Part shown: piece by piece, positions 10,966 through 24,169 of the stretch | How the letters are laid out: each line of letters opens with the position of its first letter | Position numbering within the stretch: the stretch's first letter is position 1 | NCBI GenBank assembly: GCA_964036045.1 | Contig: OZ038378.1 | Coordinates: forward strand, 171,616,001-171,680,000 | Direction: 5' to 3' | Source of the DNA: Eutreptiella sp. 'Long Island Sound 2002' | Taxonomy: Eukaryota; Protista; Euglenida | DNA length: 64,000 nt | Translations under genes and position numbers: made by a program | Notes under the pieces: generated by a model | Database searches by the model: none | Seen by the model: the letters and a program-made list of their open reading frames with translations, nothing else | What the model was told of the DNA's origin: nothing

Positions 10966-13900
10966 TGTGTACAAGTACAATACAAGTACACCCATTGCTC
11001 TTGCGTATGTATGTGTATGCTTTATCGATTTTTGGTGGTTAGTTGCTATACTGCCAACTCCGTCAAGCTCTTGGCAGGTAGCACACACAAAAAATCAGCG
11101 AATTTCCAATTCCAATTGGTATCAGCATTCAGGCAGCATGCAGACAGAAGCCCATAATGGTGGCATGATGGCAGAAAATTATGTACGTTGTCGGTCATGT
11201 CCTTGTGAGTGAATTGAATCTAGCCAGCTGGTGCTGACTAGTCAGTGGCTCTGCTAATCAGGGTCAACCTACAAGAGGCTCCATCCGCAGCATTCTCTTT
11301 CTTGCACTTTCTGCTGCTGCATGACTCCTATCTTTGGCGGCAGGGCAGGCATATCTGGTCTGTCTCCAGAACTACAGTAAGAACACTTGTGTGTGCGCAA
11401 GCACGAACGTGTGCTGGTTGTGTGTGTGCACGCGTGCTGGTGTAGGCAACCACACACCCAAGGGGGTCTTCCTTTTTCAAGGTTGCCAAAACATTGAATT
11501 GGATCAGCAAATACCAACCCAGCTTCCTCTGGAAAATCGTGCCACAAACTGTGTTGTCCGGCTGTATCAAGCAAACGTGTTGGAAATGTACTTCACTGGG
11601 TGTGTGGTCATCCTTCATGGCAGCAGCAGTGATTCTAGGGTTTGGGGGGGGGGGGTAGATTTTGCACGAGGCATCCCACGGAAATCCAAAAGGAGTGGCA
11701 CTTTTGATCTTGCTGCCGGCGGTAGGTAGGCAACCAGTATGCACACACTTTGGTCTGCACACTTCTCGCGCAGATGAACACCATTCAAGGTCTCCCTTGG
11801 AGCCCAAGCACTGACCAGACTTCCCTCACCACTGGCGCAGTGTGGCAAATGGGTCTTCCCTGCATCCCGAGGCTGAGTTCTGCATCTGCCAAGCCCTGCA
11901 CCACTACGTTTCGTAAGCTGTGGAATCTCGCACAATGAAATCCACCACTGCGAAGTAGGCTCGGCTTAACCAGCCCCCCTACTCACCCATGCATGCCCCC
12001 AAGTGAATGTCTTTCCACGACTCCTTGCAGGGTGCTCACTGTTGGGCCTGGTGGGCACATGGGAGGTTTCTGCCATCATGGCTGCAGTGTGACATTGCAT
12101 CTCTGATCTCAGAATGCATCCGCAGACACTTCGCTCTGACACCTGCCACTTACTGGCAGTGTTTCACAGGGAGGGGCAGCGTAGGTAGTTGGGCATATTC
12201 ATTTTCTGATGAATTACACTGACCTGCTCATCACAAGTTGTTGTACAGTTGGTGTGCCATGACTCCCAAAACTCACAAGGGTCAAACACAGGGTTGCTTA
12301 TTCTCAGGGGTTCGCAATTTCTGTAGAAGTATTGCTGTACCAATTTTGTCGCCAGTGGTGCCATGCATTGGCACCAGGTGGCATGTAACTCATTAATGTT
12401 TGGCTCTCTATATACCCTGCATTCGGTTGAAGAGCCATCAGACACTGGATTACTTCATCTTTTATGAGACTCTTAGTCCACAAATGAAAATCCTATGAAG
12501 CCATTATGTCTGGGAGCCACCTGGGAGTGCTAAGCTCTCTGTAAATTCTATTGCTTTTGGCAAGTCCACTTGTCCACTTGGCAGAAAATTTGCCCCGAGC
12601 AATGCACCACCAAGTGCCCCCGGAGTTGTTCCTATATATTACCTGCAAATAGCCCTCTCATGGGCCCATGGACACCCAATTTTTGGTGGGTGTAGTTGGT
12701 GCTACCCCCCCCCCCCTGTCCAATGAATGCCATGTCCAATGAACACTTCCGCTCGGACCGTATTTTGTGGGACCTAATTAATTAGGTACTTCATTAGGTA
12801 GTGGCTTTTGTGTGGTGTGGGGTTTGTGCCATGTTTTTGAGAACACCCTGTACCTAATCCGTGATATGATGGAGCACAGTGCTGTCCCATCAAATCTGTC
12901 CGTCCCAAATGTGTCTGAGCCAGATCGGGCTGTCATTTCTGCCCGCGCCCAGCAGGGCCTCAGCCTGGGGAGCATCTTCAATTTTTCCGCCTGAAGCGGG
13001 ACTGCCACAAGGGCTTCTGCTCTGAAAAGTGCGAATTGGAAGCCTCCATTGCATTGTGCTTTGAATGGGCTGGGTAAAAGGAAGCAAGAAATGGGGAGGG
13101 GGGGGGGTTGGCGAGGTTTTGGGGGGTTTTTTGGTAAGAAGGGTTTTTTTTGGTAAGTTTTGTTACCTCTTGGGGAGCTTTTGATAAAAATATGGGGGGG
13201 GGGGTGCAAATTGGGGGGTTGTTAGTCAGAAAAGGGGGGTGTACAGAGCGCGGGTATTTTGGTAAGGTGGGGTATTTTTGGTAAAAATGGTACATTGCAG
13301 GGGATTTTGTGATTCTTGTAACCACCAGGGAATAGGGGGCCACAAAGAGGAGCGGGCATTTTCTCAGGGGCTGTGAGGTCACTACAGATTTGGGGAGAGC
13401 TCAGAGAATGGGTGTGCCATGGTGCCTGGGGAGGCAAGGAGGCAAGCCAGCACAAGGGGGGGGGGGCAAGGTAAGGTCAGGGTTGAGGGGTGTGCAAGGT
13501 GTGCTGTGATGTGGTGTCTGCGATTCCCTGTGGTGGCGCTAGGGGACCAAGGGATAGTGTTGCGGGGAGATGGAGCCCTGCTTCAGTGCGCAGTGTAACT
13601 GTAAGCCTGCGGGGAGAGAGGTGGGCTGGGTGGGAGCGCAAACCCCTCCCAGTTGTGCTGAGTGCCACTGTGGGCCCGTTGCCAGTGTAGTCGTGGGGCG
13701 GCCTGGCAGCATGTCCCTAAAATCTGGAGGCTGCAATGCCATGAGAGATTTCTGACCTTGGAGCACCAGGCTACATTAACCCCCATGTACAAGTTGCCCC
13801 CCTTCCCCTCTCCACCTTGGCCATGCAGACACATTACATGTGCATGTGCATCTGACCTGGCCTCATTGGTGGCGAGGCTTGGGCCCAAGAACATGGATTT

Positions 13901-14614
13901 CGCTGTGTGAGCACGTCCCGTCGACACCCTAGTACCCCCCCCCCCCCCTGTCCTTCCCCGCCCCTTGTTCTTCCCCAGGGGGGGGGGGGGGGGGCGTCAC
14001 TTGGTGAACCCCAAAAGGGCCAAGCCACCGCCCAAGGGTGCTCTCGAAAGCATTCCTGTGGAAAGTGGTGAGCATGTTCAAGAATTCAAGGTCAAATGGA
14101 GCAGGACGAAGAAATTCTACACCTAGCGAGTCACGGAGTAAATTTCATTACATTGGCAGCCCATTGAGCGCGTGCATGATTTTCATATTGTTGCATTACT
14201 TGCTTTCATTTGTCACTGCGACAAGCTCTGCACACCAACGTTTTTTATGCTGTGTTATTTCGTCTTCTGCCGCAATTTCTGTGCCCCACAGTGTGTGTGT
14301 ACAGCGGTACTACGGTCCCCTGGGGGTTGGTGGGGGACCGTCACTTGGTGACCGTCCCCCAGGGGGTGGCGGGGGACCATCTTCCCTGGGGTGGGGAAGG
14401 ACAAGGCGGGGGAGGGTACCCTGCGTAGGTGGTGCACCCGACCTGATATGCACGCATACACACAGGTTAATTTTGTCTCCTACTCACCAATGCTCCAGTG
14501 AGGTCTGGTGGCTGTTGGTAATCCACTTGGCCCGGACAGTCAGATTGTTCAGCCTGGTGGTCAGGCAGGTAATGATGCCGAGACCATGCTCCTGGATGAG
14601 ACCAAACCACCCCC

Positions 14615-14760
14615 TTTTGGAACAAGTCTTGCCCATTGCCTGAGCAAGTCGTGAATGTTTTAAAGTAAGTCCCACATGCTTTAGAGCAAGTCCCACCTGT
14701 TTTGGAGCAAGTCTGGTTTGTTTTGCAGCAATTCCTGTTTGTTTTGGAGCAAGTCCGGCT
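14615..14760. repeat. Degenerate 21-bp tandem repeat, about 7 copies
   Basis: The core (G)AGCAAGTC recurs at about 14623, 14645, 14666, 14687, 14708, 14729 and 14750. Confidence 0.8.
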
Positions 14761-15439
14761 TTTTTTTTTTGCATGAAGTCCCGCCTGTTTCAGAGGAAGT
14801 ACCACCCACGCAGCGTTTTCAGCTTTCCACAATATATCAGCGTTTAGTCCACCCCCCCCCCCCCCCCGCGCGATGAAATACACTCCAATATCATCTTTAC
14901 CACCACCGCCAGAGTTTAAGCCAACACCAGCACAAATACGAGGGATAAGAAAACGAAAAGCAAATACAACACCAACACAACCGGTCCCAAAAGCCATCAA
15001 ACCACCAGCCTCACCACTCGCATCATCAACATGCACTCTTTTCATAACATCGCGCCTGCCCCCCCCCCCCCCCCATCCTGCCCACACCGTCAGCACCACC
15101 ACCACCACTAACCTCACAACCACCACAGTGGGTTTTATCCCCCCCCCCCCCCCCACAGCAATCCATTCCCAAACAACCCTTACCCTGAGCCCTAGAACTA
15201 AGGTGCCTCTTTTTGAGAAGTTCTGGGTTCAAACTCCATTAAGCCTAGCTGAGTAGGATGAGCCCTTGTGACATGGCACTGACCTCAGTGCCACAAGCCA
15301 CACCACCTCAATGAATATGGAGCTAATCTAAGGAGTGTACATCTCAGTGAGACACTGAGTTGAGAGGGTGTGACCCTGAGGCAGTTTTCCATACTTTTTC
15401 ATTCAGTTTTTATCTATTCTTTTAAAGACATCTTAATCT

Positions 15440-15687
15440 AGGTGATTTCTGCTGTACTTAGAGTGTTTGTTCCTACCTTTCTCTGCACACCCCTTCAAGT
15501 CTGTGATTCAATCCATCTTTTGTGCCATGGGATTACTTGCTAATCTATTGATTTTATTTAGCTGTTTCAATAAAATCAATAGATTAGCAGGTAATCCCAT
15601 GGCACAAAAGATGGATCGAATCACAGACTTGAAGGGGTGTGCAGAGAAAGGGAGGAACAAACACTCCAAGTACAACAGAAATCACCT
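15440..15687. repeat. Long inverted repeat (foldback): 119-bp arms, 10-nt loop
   Basis: 15440-15558 is the reverse complement of 15569-15687 with about 5 mismatches. Loop is TAGCTGTTTC. Confidence 0.95.
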
Positions 15688-16329
15688 CACCTTAGTTCTC
15701 TCCAGTACATACCACTAGGATAGGTACGGACATTAATGACAAAATAGATAAAGATGGATGGGTTCCGAACCAGAGCAATGACCCCAGCAATTCCGGATAT
15801 CACATCACGATCTTAAGTTAGCCAACTAAAGAGGAGGACAGGGGTCTCATCACTTTTCCAAAACTTGTGATTAGTTTTATAGGTCAAAATGCTTTTACCT
15901 CTTTTTATGGAAGGACAAATAGTAAGACAAAAATGTAATGTGTCCCTGAGTGCTTTTGATACAACTAAAGCAACTCTGGTGGCACCTCAAATACACTTTT
16001 TTTACTGGAGTCATGCTGGTGCACCATAGGTGTGTAGGATGTAGAATGGTTTCAAGTCCAGGTTCCCACAGGGGTACACAATGACTATGCAAAGTACATC
16101 AAACCAAAAGACCCAAGGAGGGTCTTCATAAAAAAAAGAAAGGCCTCGTTCTTTAAACACAGCCCTGAGATGCGGATCTGGAGCGCGAGAGCATTGTTGG
16201 TGATGGCTCTTGGAGTTCAACACAGTGGAAAAGTCATACTGGGTTGAGGATAGTGGCGGTGGTGTCCATAGGTGTTGGGTTGGAAGCTAGCACGAAATAT
16301 TGTGCTGCGTACACAATCTCATGTCTGTG

Positions 16330-16740
16330 AGTAGTCATAAGAATGTACTCCAGGTTTCTAGGTAGTCATAAGGATGCACAATATGCGTGCACGGTACATG
16401 ATTTCATCAATTTTTGGTAGTCATTAGGGTGCACAAAAGGTGTATCGGTTGCAGGATTTCATCAGCTAGTCATATGGGTGCATAAGAATTGTGAAGAGCG
16501 CCTTATCTCATTAAATTTCGGTAGACAGAGGGTGTAGAATAATTGTGGAGCCACCACAATCTCATCAGTTTGCGGTAGTGATAGCTGCAAAATAATTGTG
16601 CACGGTACATAATGTCATCGGCTTCTAGTATCCGTAGGGGTGCATACTAATTGTAAAGCATGCATGATTTTATCAATTTTCCGTGGTCATCGGGGCGCAT
16701 AGTAATTATGCACCATGCATAGCCTCATTAGTCTATGCTA
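16330..16740. repeat. Highly diverged ~55-bp minisatellite, about 7-8 units
   Basis: The anchor AATTGT and variants recur at 16487, 16541, 16594, 16649 and 16704 (spacing 53-55). Shared motif RATYTCATCA...GGTAGTCAT..GGGTGCA. Confidence 0.75.
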
Positions 16741-17992
16741 GATGTCTAGAAACTACTTCCATCTCCCATATAGTGGCTGACTGGCCACCGAGGGTGCGCA
16801 ACAGCATGTGATCTTTGAGCTTCGTGTGCAAAGGGGATGTGCACTCTTTGGAAATGTGTTGCATTCATGATGTTATCAAAAGCGGTAGTCACAGTTGGCA
16901 ACATCAGTGGATGACATCATCAAGAAGGTCATAAAATTCTTGATTCATCCTACATAAGCCACACTTTTACACATTAGATATTTGGTCATCCTTGTGGGAT
17001 ATAAACAGATCAAATTGTGGACATAAGCTACAGCTACAAATGTAATATACAGCTAATGAATAAAGCTTCTGTCTGAAAAAGAACATGCATATCACAATAT
17101 CACCGGCTATTGGTTCCACCAATGGCCCTAGGAACACTTTTATAGCTACAGCGAAATCAGTAAATCGTAAAGCTACAAGGCAATTGGAAAGCAAGCTATG
17201 GTTTGTCAAAACATACCACGGTTTTTCAAAGTGGAGATGGATGGATGATCCACCTTGGACAAGACATGCTGTAAATCGAAATTGTTTCTTAAAAAAAATT
17301 ATGCGTTGAATTAGTTAAAGAGAGCAACTTGCTCGCGCAAATTGCTCGCGAGTAGCACTGTTTGAAAATTTTCCATTTCCCATTTTCCACAATTTAAGCA
17401 ACTGCCAAAAAAATATTGGGTACTAACTTAATTTTGGAAAACAACGAACAGAGCGCCTACTTTGTTACCCTAGTTCACTCCTCGTTCTTTTGTGTTGGCA
17501 CCTTGTTTGAAATGCAACAACAGATACGCCAAGAAAGTTGCCGCAAGTTTGGGTGGCGCGGGTCTAGCTATTGGATGGATGTGATACAACCAATTCCCAT
17601 TACATTCTATGCCATTACAAATTGAGAAACGACACCGCACTTTGGAATGGCATCGGAGGATTGTGGAGTGGAGATTTTCTCAAAAGCAATGGACAAGAGA
17701 GAAGAGGTTTGAGGGGCGTAGGAGAAGGGAGCATACCTCTCGAGCAAGTGAAGCTAGCAACAAGATACTCAAATGAGTGGGGCAAGAAAAAGAGTGTGGG
17801 GCTATACGAAAAAGCATTTGGGAGGAGGTATGGGGCAGGGGTCCAACAACGGTGTTGGAGGGCTTATGAGCGAAGGTTTCGAGGGTGGAGTGTTGTGGCC
17901 GCACTATGTAAGAGCTAGAGTCCTTCACTTGCATCTTCCAACGGGTCCGGCAAGGTTAACCTTCATGTGGTGTATTTAGTACCCAATGCCCA

Positions 17993-18385
17993 TTATAGAG
18001 CGCATAGTGTTGTTGCAGTATGTAAGAGCTGGAGTCCTTCGCTTGCATCTTCCGAAGGGTCCTGAAGCGTTGTCCTTAGTGTGGATTGCTGAGTATCCAG
18101 TGCTCGCGATACAGCACGTAGCGTCCTTTCACCTCCGGCTTGGTCCCAATCTTCAGTCTTGATTAGCATTCCTGAAAAAGCGTAGCATCCGGCACTCAAA
18201 TCGTTGTTCAACACGTCGAAATGCCAAAATTCCGCAAAAGCATCATCCCATGCACGCAAATTCTCAAAACCCAAATCTAGAAAGAGAAGCTCAGTCTTAG
18301 CTTTGGCCACCAGCTTAGCAGTCCCGGGAGCAAAAATAATACCTCTTTGCACTAGTTCCCCGTTGTGCCAACGATGCGAAGACAA
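17993..18385 (-). pseudogene. Orphan coding-like remnant in an AT-rich block
   Basis: 130-aa ORF with many G-starting codons (...FENLRAWDDAFAEFWHFDVLNND...). About 45 bp of its 3' end is duplicated at 17901-17948. No family recognised. Confidence 0.35.
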
Positions 18386-20295
18386 ATGTGCAAATTGTGA
18401 CGCTTGTCAAACACCCAATGACTCACTCCACCCTCCCCTACTCAGCGTAATTTTGCTGCCATATCCACTCATCGCGACAACAAAATCAAATAACCAATTA
18501 TATCTCCAGAATCTAGCTTGGGCGCAAAGCCCTCATGTGGGTACTTTATGATGATGTAGGATAATGTGGTGATGAATGTGCTTATGTACCTCCTTAGATT
18601 TACGGGGATCCATTATGACATGGGATATGGTAATGTAGCGGTGGAACCATCAACTGCATTTAAGAATATCCGGGGAAAGCTTGTAGTATGGAAGCTTTGG
18701 TCCTTTTGTGTGCTCCATTGTACAATCTGTAGGTGCAAAAAATAAAGCTAGAAGTGCTATCCTCTTTGCACCAGGAAACAAGCATTTGGCAGTTGCCGTG
18801 TTGAAATTGGTACAACAAAGTTTGAATTTGACGGATCAAATATGGTGGTCCTTGCCCGAAACATCTCTCGGCTATAGTTTAAGTGTGAAAAGAAAAAAAC
18901 TTGGCAGAAGGTGAGGGTCAAGGCTCACGGCGAGTGCGCAATAGCTGGATGGCCTGTTCTTTGTGCAGGTCCCGGAAAATAAAGAAACAAATGCCCACTC
19001 CACTGCACCGTTAGGGTGCCAACAGCAGGGAGGAGTGACGCGCCTGCACTATCTGGACAAACCCCCTGCTGGAGGACTGCTACCCCTTTCTAGGCCTCAA
19101 TACCTAGACTCATCTATCCAGATACCTTCCAAAACATATTTTTTTGACTTCCCCATCCTTAAAATGGAAGGGGTGGTCTTCACTTGCCCCCCAAAGCCCA
19201 AAGGGGTGGCAATACAAGGTATGCCGTGTGAACCCCCCCACACAAACACAAACCCAAAGACCACATGTTGCCATCAACCGAACATCCTCAGAAGAGGTTT
19301 CAACTTGAATCTTTGTTCGCACAGAAACATTTCTTTTAGCACAAGATCCTTTTTCAAAAAAGGAAAAAAAGATGAAAGCAGCTGGAAAAAAGAAAAGGAG
19401 AGAGTAAATGACGCCAAAAAAATGAGTCAAGAATCCCAATCACCCAGTGAGTGAATGGCCTGAATCTGTCACGTATCTCACACCTGCATAAGCAACACCG
19501 CATGACAAACAACAGCATTTGAAGCAACAGCAACAAACGTAATCGTCGTCCTTCAACCAGTGCAAACAGCAAGAGAGGCTCTCAGAAGAAGAAGAACCAT
19601 GGAACAAACACAGCGCCATTGAAACAGATCAAGACTTTCTCAAAGCGCCTGACTCACAGGAGGCGCCATATGTCTGACGGCACAAAGTGTGTCTGTATTG
19701 CACTGATAGCACTGATGTTCGCAGCAGCTATTCTGCTAGCCGACCACAGAGTGCCCACACCGCACAGTGCTGCACCATGACCAGGACTATCACTGTATCC
19801 TGCGGCACTGCTCCATAAACCATTGATAAGCCCGCAGAAAAGCATTCAACAAAAACAAATATGCAAACAAGTAATGATAATGACATACAACAACATGCAC
19901 AATGAACACAGACGTGTTTCTGTTGGGTAAAGGTCGAGATACTGCTTGCTGCTGTCCGTAAACCTGGATTCCGGAATCTGGATGCTGTGGTTGTGCCTAA
20001 GTGTGTGACAACAGATCGGTGCAAATCAATATCTAAATTGACTGTGCCTTATTTCACAACTGCCACACCGTGGCTGTTGCAGATGGCAAGAAGATCAGCA
20101 TGCCAACTCACCCCCAGAATCCGTCCAAAGACCAACGCCAACAATCTCGGTGGCCATGAACCAACAGCAGTGGGCCAGACAACAGATGGCAGTCAGTGGT
20201 GAACTAACAGCCGTTAGGGATCAGCCGACAGTGGCTGCTGGGGGTTGACGACCACCAAAAGACGTGTGGCTGTTTGGATAAATGATATGGTGCCC

Positions 20296-20700
<405 letters not shown>

Positions 20701-20703
20701 TTA

Positions 20704-20870
20704 CCCCCCCTTCCCCTTGCGCAAGCACGCTGGTCAGGAAAACAACGGTCAGACGGGTCCTGTACTTAGGCAAGGCAGTGCCCATAAGAGGAAACCCAAA
20801 AGAGCAGTTGGAAAAACGACGGTCAGACGGGCCCCATGCTTAGACAAGGCAGTGCTTGCGCAAGGGGGGG
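20704..20870. mobile_element. 167-bp MITE with poly-C/poly-G ends
   Basis: TIR CCCCTTGCGCAAGCAC / GTGCTTGCGCAAGGGG, preceded by TA, with an internal ~43-bp direct repeat. Related ends at about 5495-5580, 43500-43590 and 44010-44070. Confidence 0.75.
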
Positions 20871-21840
20871 TTTTGGCAAGAAGCCATGGTCTTGTGTTCT
20901 CGTCTGCAGCTGGCACGCCCACTGGCAGATCGCCATTCGCTGCCCTTCCCTTCCCTTTCCTTCAGTGAAGGTCCACCAAGCCGCTGTTTTGGTCCGCCGT
21001 TTCTGTTTCTCCATGGTGGCGGGTTGCGTCGACCAAAACATTAAGGATCCATACGGCAATACCCTTCACCTCCACGAGGTCACGTTCATGCTCATGGCGG
21101 AGTGCTTCCATCGCGTGTGTGGGTGAGCTGCGTAAACTCAGCACGACTGTCACCACTTCCCCCCATGTGTCACACGTTCACGGCTCAACAGGAGCGCCAA
21201 CGGTGGTGCCCGGTCCAAGCTGCGCGACCATCCTCAACACCATCGGCACATGCTCAACTGTTCACTGCATGCCATACCCCCGGCGATGCAGTGCTACGGA
21301 GTCGTGGCGGGTACTCGCACTCTCGCTGTACCAGATCTTCTTCACTGGGAGCTCCACGTGAGTCGCGGTGTCGTTAGCATGCTCTCGGCACGCTCGGCGC
21401 ATTCCACGCCCCAACAGCCCCCGTGGGGGGGCGATCCACGTCATGCGTGGTATGAGGGGGTTTTGGCAAGAAGCCATGGTCTTGTGTTCTCGTCTGCAGC
21501 TGGCGGCGCCCACTGGCAGATCGCCATTCGCTGCCCTTCCCTTCCCTTTCCTTCAGTGAAGGTCCACCAAGCCGCTGTTTTGGTCCGCCGTTTCTGTTTC
21601 TCCATGGTGGCGGGTTGCGTCGACCAAAACATTAAGGATCCATACGGCAATACCCTTCACCTCCACGAGGTCACGTTCATGCTCATGGCGGAGTGCTTCC
21701 ATCGCGTGTGTGGGTGAGCTGCGTAAACTCAGCACGACTGTCACCACTTCCCCCCATGTGTCACACGTTCACGGCTCAACAGGAGCGCCAACGGTGGTGC
21801 CCGGTCCAAGCTGCGCGACCATCCTCAACACCATCGGCAC
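20871..21840. repeat. Near-identical ~380-bp direct repeat (20871-21248 and 21461-21840)
   Basis: Both copies give the same translated segments in the ORF track (20962-21156 vs 21553-21747). Confidence 0.92.
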
Positions 21841-22763
21841 CGGGGGGGGGACTTTGGAAAATCGGCACCCCCAGCTCCCCTCTGTCCAGCAATCCCCAAA
21901 GTTCTCCAAAAATACGGTCCAATCACCAAGTGAATGTTGGACACGCTGTTCACTGCACGCGTTAACGTGTTGGTGACCTCCCTGAGTACAAGACACCCGG
22001 CCCATACAAAGCACAAGGGCAGGTGCAACTGCACAGCCCTGGGAGTGTTCTCACAATCTCGGCTATCCTCGAAGAAGTGAGCACAGTCCATCTTGTTGCT
22101 TGGAAGGGTAGACTGAGACCCTGAGGGGCCTTTAGCTGCCTCTTGTATTGGCTCATGCATGGCAATACGGCCGACCCTGGTTGTTGATGAGGATCATTCT
22201 TACTAGGGGCACTGTATGGTGTGGTTGGCTGCAGTAATAAGTCTAAAAGTAAGAATGTTTTAGATGTACAGGAAGAGGTCCAATGGCTGGGTAAGCATGT
22301 GGACCCTGGGGATTTGTCGATTGCCAATGGAGTGGCCCTCCTGACAAAGGTCCTGGCTTGCTTTGTTCACATTTATGACCACCATTCCAGTCTAAAACCT
22401 CCTGCGTGTTTTGGGCTGGGTGGGGTTGGCGACACTATCCCCTACCCTTTTGCAGGTTACTGCCATTTACCAGGAGGGATTCGTATTTGGATTGCATTGC
22501 AATGCATTCCGATTGCACCTGGCTCCATGGCAGTGATGGCTACACCTAAGTTTAGACCCATAGTCTTAGATTGAAAGTGTGTGAGGTGGATTGGATTTGT
22601 GTTGTGCCTGCACAGTCCCATGACTCCAAGTCAGTGCTCAAATTCAGGGTGGGTGTGTGTGATCGAGTTCGGGGAGGTCGAGCCTGTGTTTGTCGGAGGT
22701 GGATGAATTCCCCCATAGTTTCAGGATTGGTGCGCATCAGTAAAATGTTGGCGCATTCCGGGG

Positions 22764-23592
22764 AGGTGCAGGTAGGTGCATAAAGACCTGGGTCTATGGT
22801 ACTAGCCCTCGTGAACACCTGCAAAAGGATAAGGTGCCGTCCTTAGGGACAACCAGTCAGTCACATCAATCTTTGCAAATTAAGCATATTGTCTGATGCA
22901 TGGTTGGGTAATCAAATACGTGTATACAACCGGCACTGCATCACCTAAAATCGGTTTTGTCTGTCTTAAGACCACTTGCTGAAAACGCCACAAACTATCT
23001 GGTAGCCCCGCGAACCAAATGTGGTGGTACCCTCCGGCCTAGCTGGCTAAAACAGACACCGACCTGCGACCCCCCGGTGTGGGGACCACTAGGGAGACCT
23101 CCCAGTCCAAGTCATGTAGCTTCGAGGTGTCTTTTCTACTCCATCTCAACGGCAAGGTCTCACTCGCTGTCTACTTCAAGAACCCAAACTATGCTGAACA
23201 CCTGAACTACTGCTGAATACATTTCTTGTTTCAGCATCACTTCTTGTTCTCCTCTCATCGTGACAACTTCCATTGTCATTCTGGCTTCGCAGACGATGTA
23301 TAGTCTAAGCCATACTCTTTGATTTCGTCTCCATATCATCGCCTCATGTGTCAACCTCAGCGTGTCCAGAGCCTCCTCCTCCACTTCTGCCAGGCGCCGG
23401 ATGGCCAAGACCTTGAAGCGCTGTCTCTCTTGCCGTGGCTTTGTCTTCTCTCCATGCCCTTTTGTTGGCATGACAACGAAGGGCTTCAGCACTCGTGGAA
23501 GGACAAAGGCATAAAAAATTGGGCTGTGGTAGAGTGGACAGCTTACAGGCCAGGTAACACCATCTGTACGCGAGGCTTGTTTAGACCCGTGC
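22764..23592 (-). mobile_element. ~830-bp dispersed repeat, copy 1 (retroelement internal segment)
   Basis: Closely matches 33500-34320, with the same ORFs (MLKPFVVMPTKGHGEK...). Confidence 0.8.
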
Positions 23593-24169
23593 GGAGCCCA
23601 TGTGGGTTAGCTTGCGAACATTGGACATGAGGGATCCCCATTTAGACACAACCTCAACTGTCATCTGGGTAATGCAAGAGGGGCTGGTGTCACTCAATGT
23701 GGACAGTGCATCCGTCGGCATCAACTTTGATTTAAGCCAAAGCAAGTGCTGTAGGGTCGCTGACCACCACAATCTATTGAAGATTCTACGCAGGATCTTA
23801 TTCTAGGTGACTGCCCTCGGCGTGGCGGAGAGTTTCTTTACATTGGCAATAGCCGCGGTGTTATCGCCCCACTAGCTGAGCTCCAACCAAACCGCTCAAC
23901 CAGACTGGTAGCGTACCCCATGCCTTGAAGCTCTCCTTGCTGCTGGTTCTGTAACATGAAGGTTCGGGACCTAAATGCCCCGTTCCTACACGACACTCCC
24001 ACGTGGTACTCTCCCCTCCCCGCTTCTGCCGCGTCTACCGCCACCCACGGTGAAAGAGGGGGGGAGGGGGGGGGGCTAGAGACTGTGCCATGCACTGGTA
24101 CTGTCCCCATCAGGAATACATCCACCATGTTGAGGGTCATCTTACGTGAGGGCTTGTGTGCAAACCCGA

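Noticed and set aside
9227-12450. ORFs here as host genes
   Set aside because: Fragmentary and stop-ridden, with weak LINE-like traces only. No assignable domain or splice structure.
16330-16740. PAS-like HPxDY peptides in the tandem array
   Set aside because: The unit length is about 55 bp, not a multiple of 3, so the frame shifts each unit. Stops are frequent.
18204-18551. Plus-strand ORF with CQRC..CANC zinc-finger-like motif
   Set aside because: It overlaps the minus-strand ORF, which has the more coding-like codon pattern. Probably a shadow ORF.
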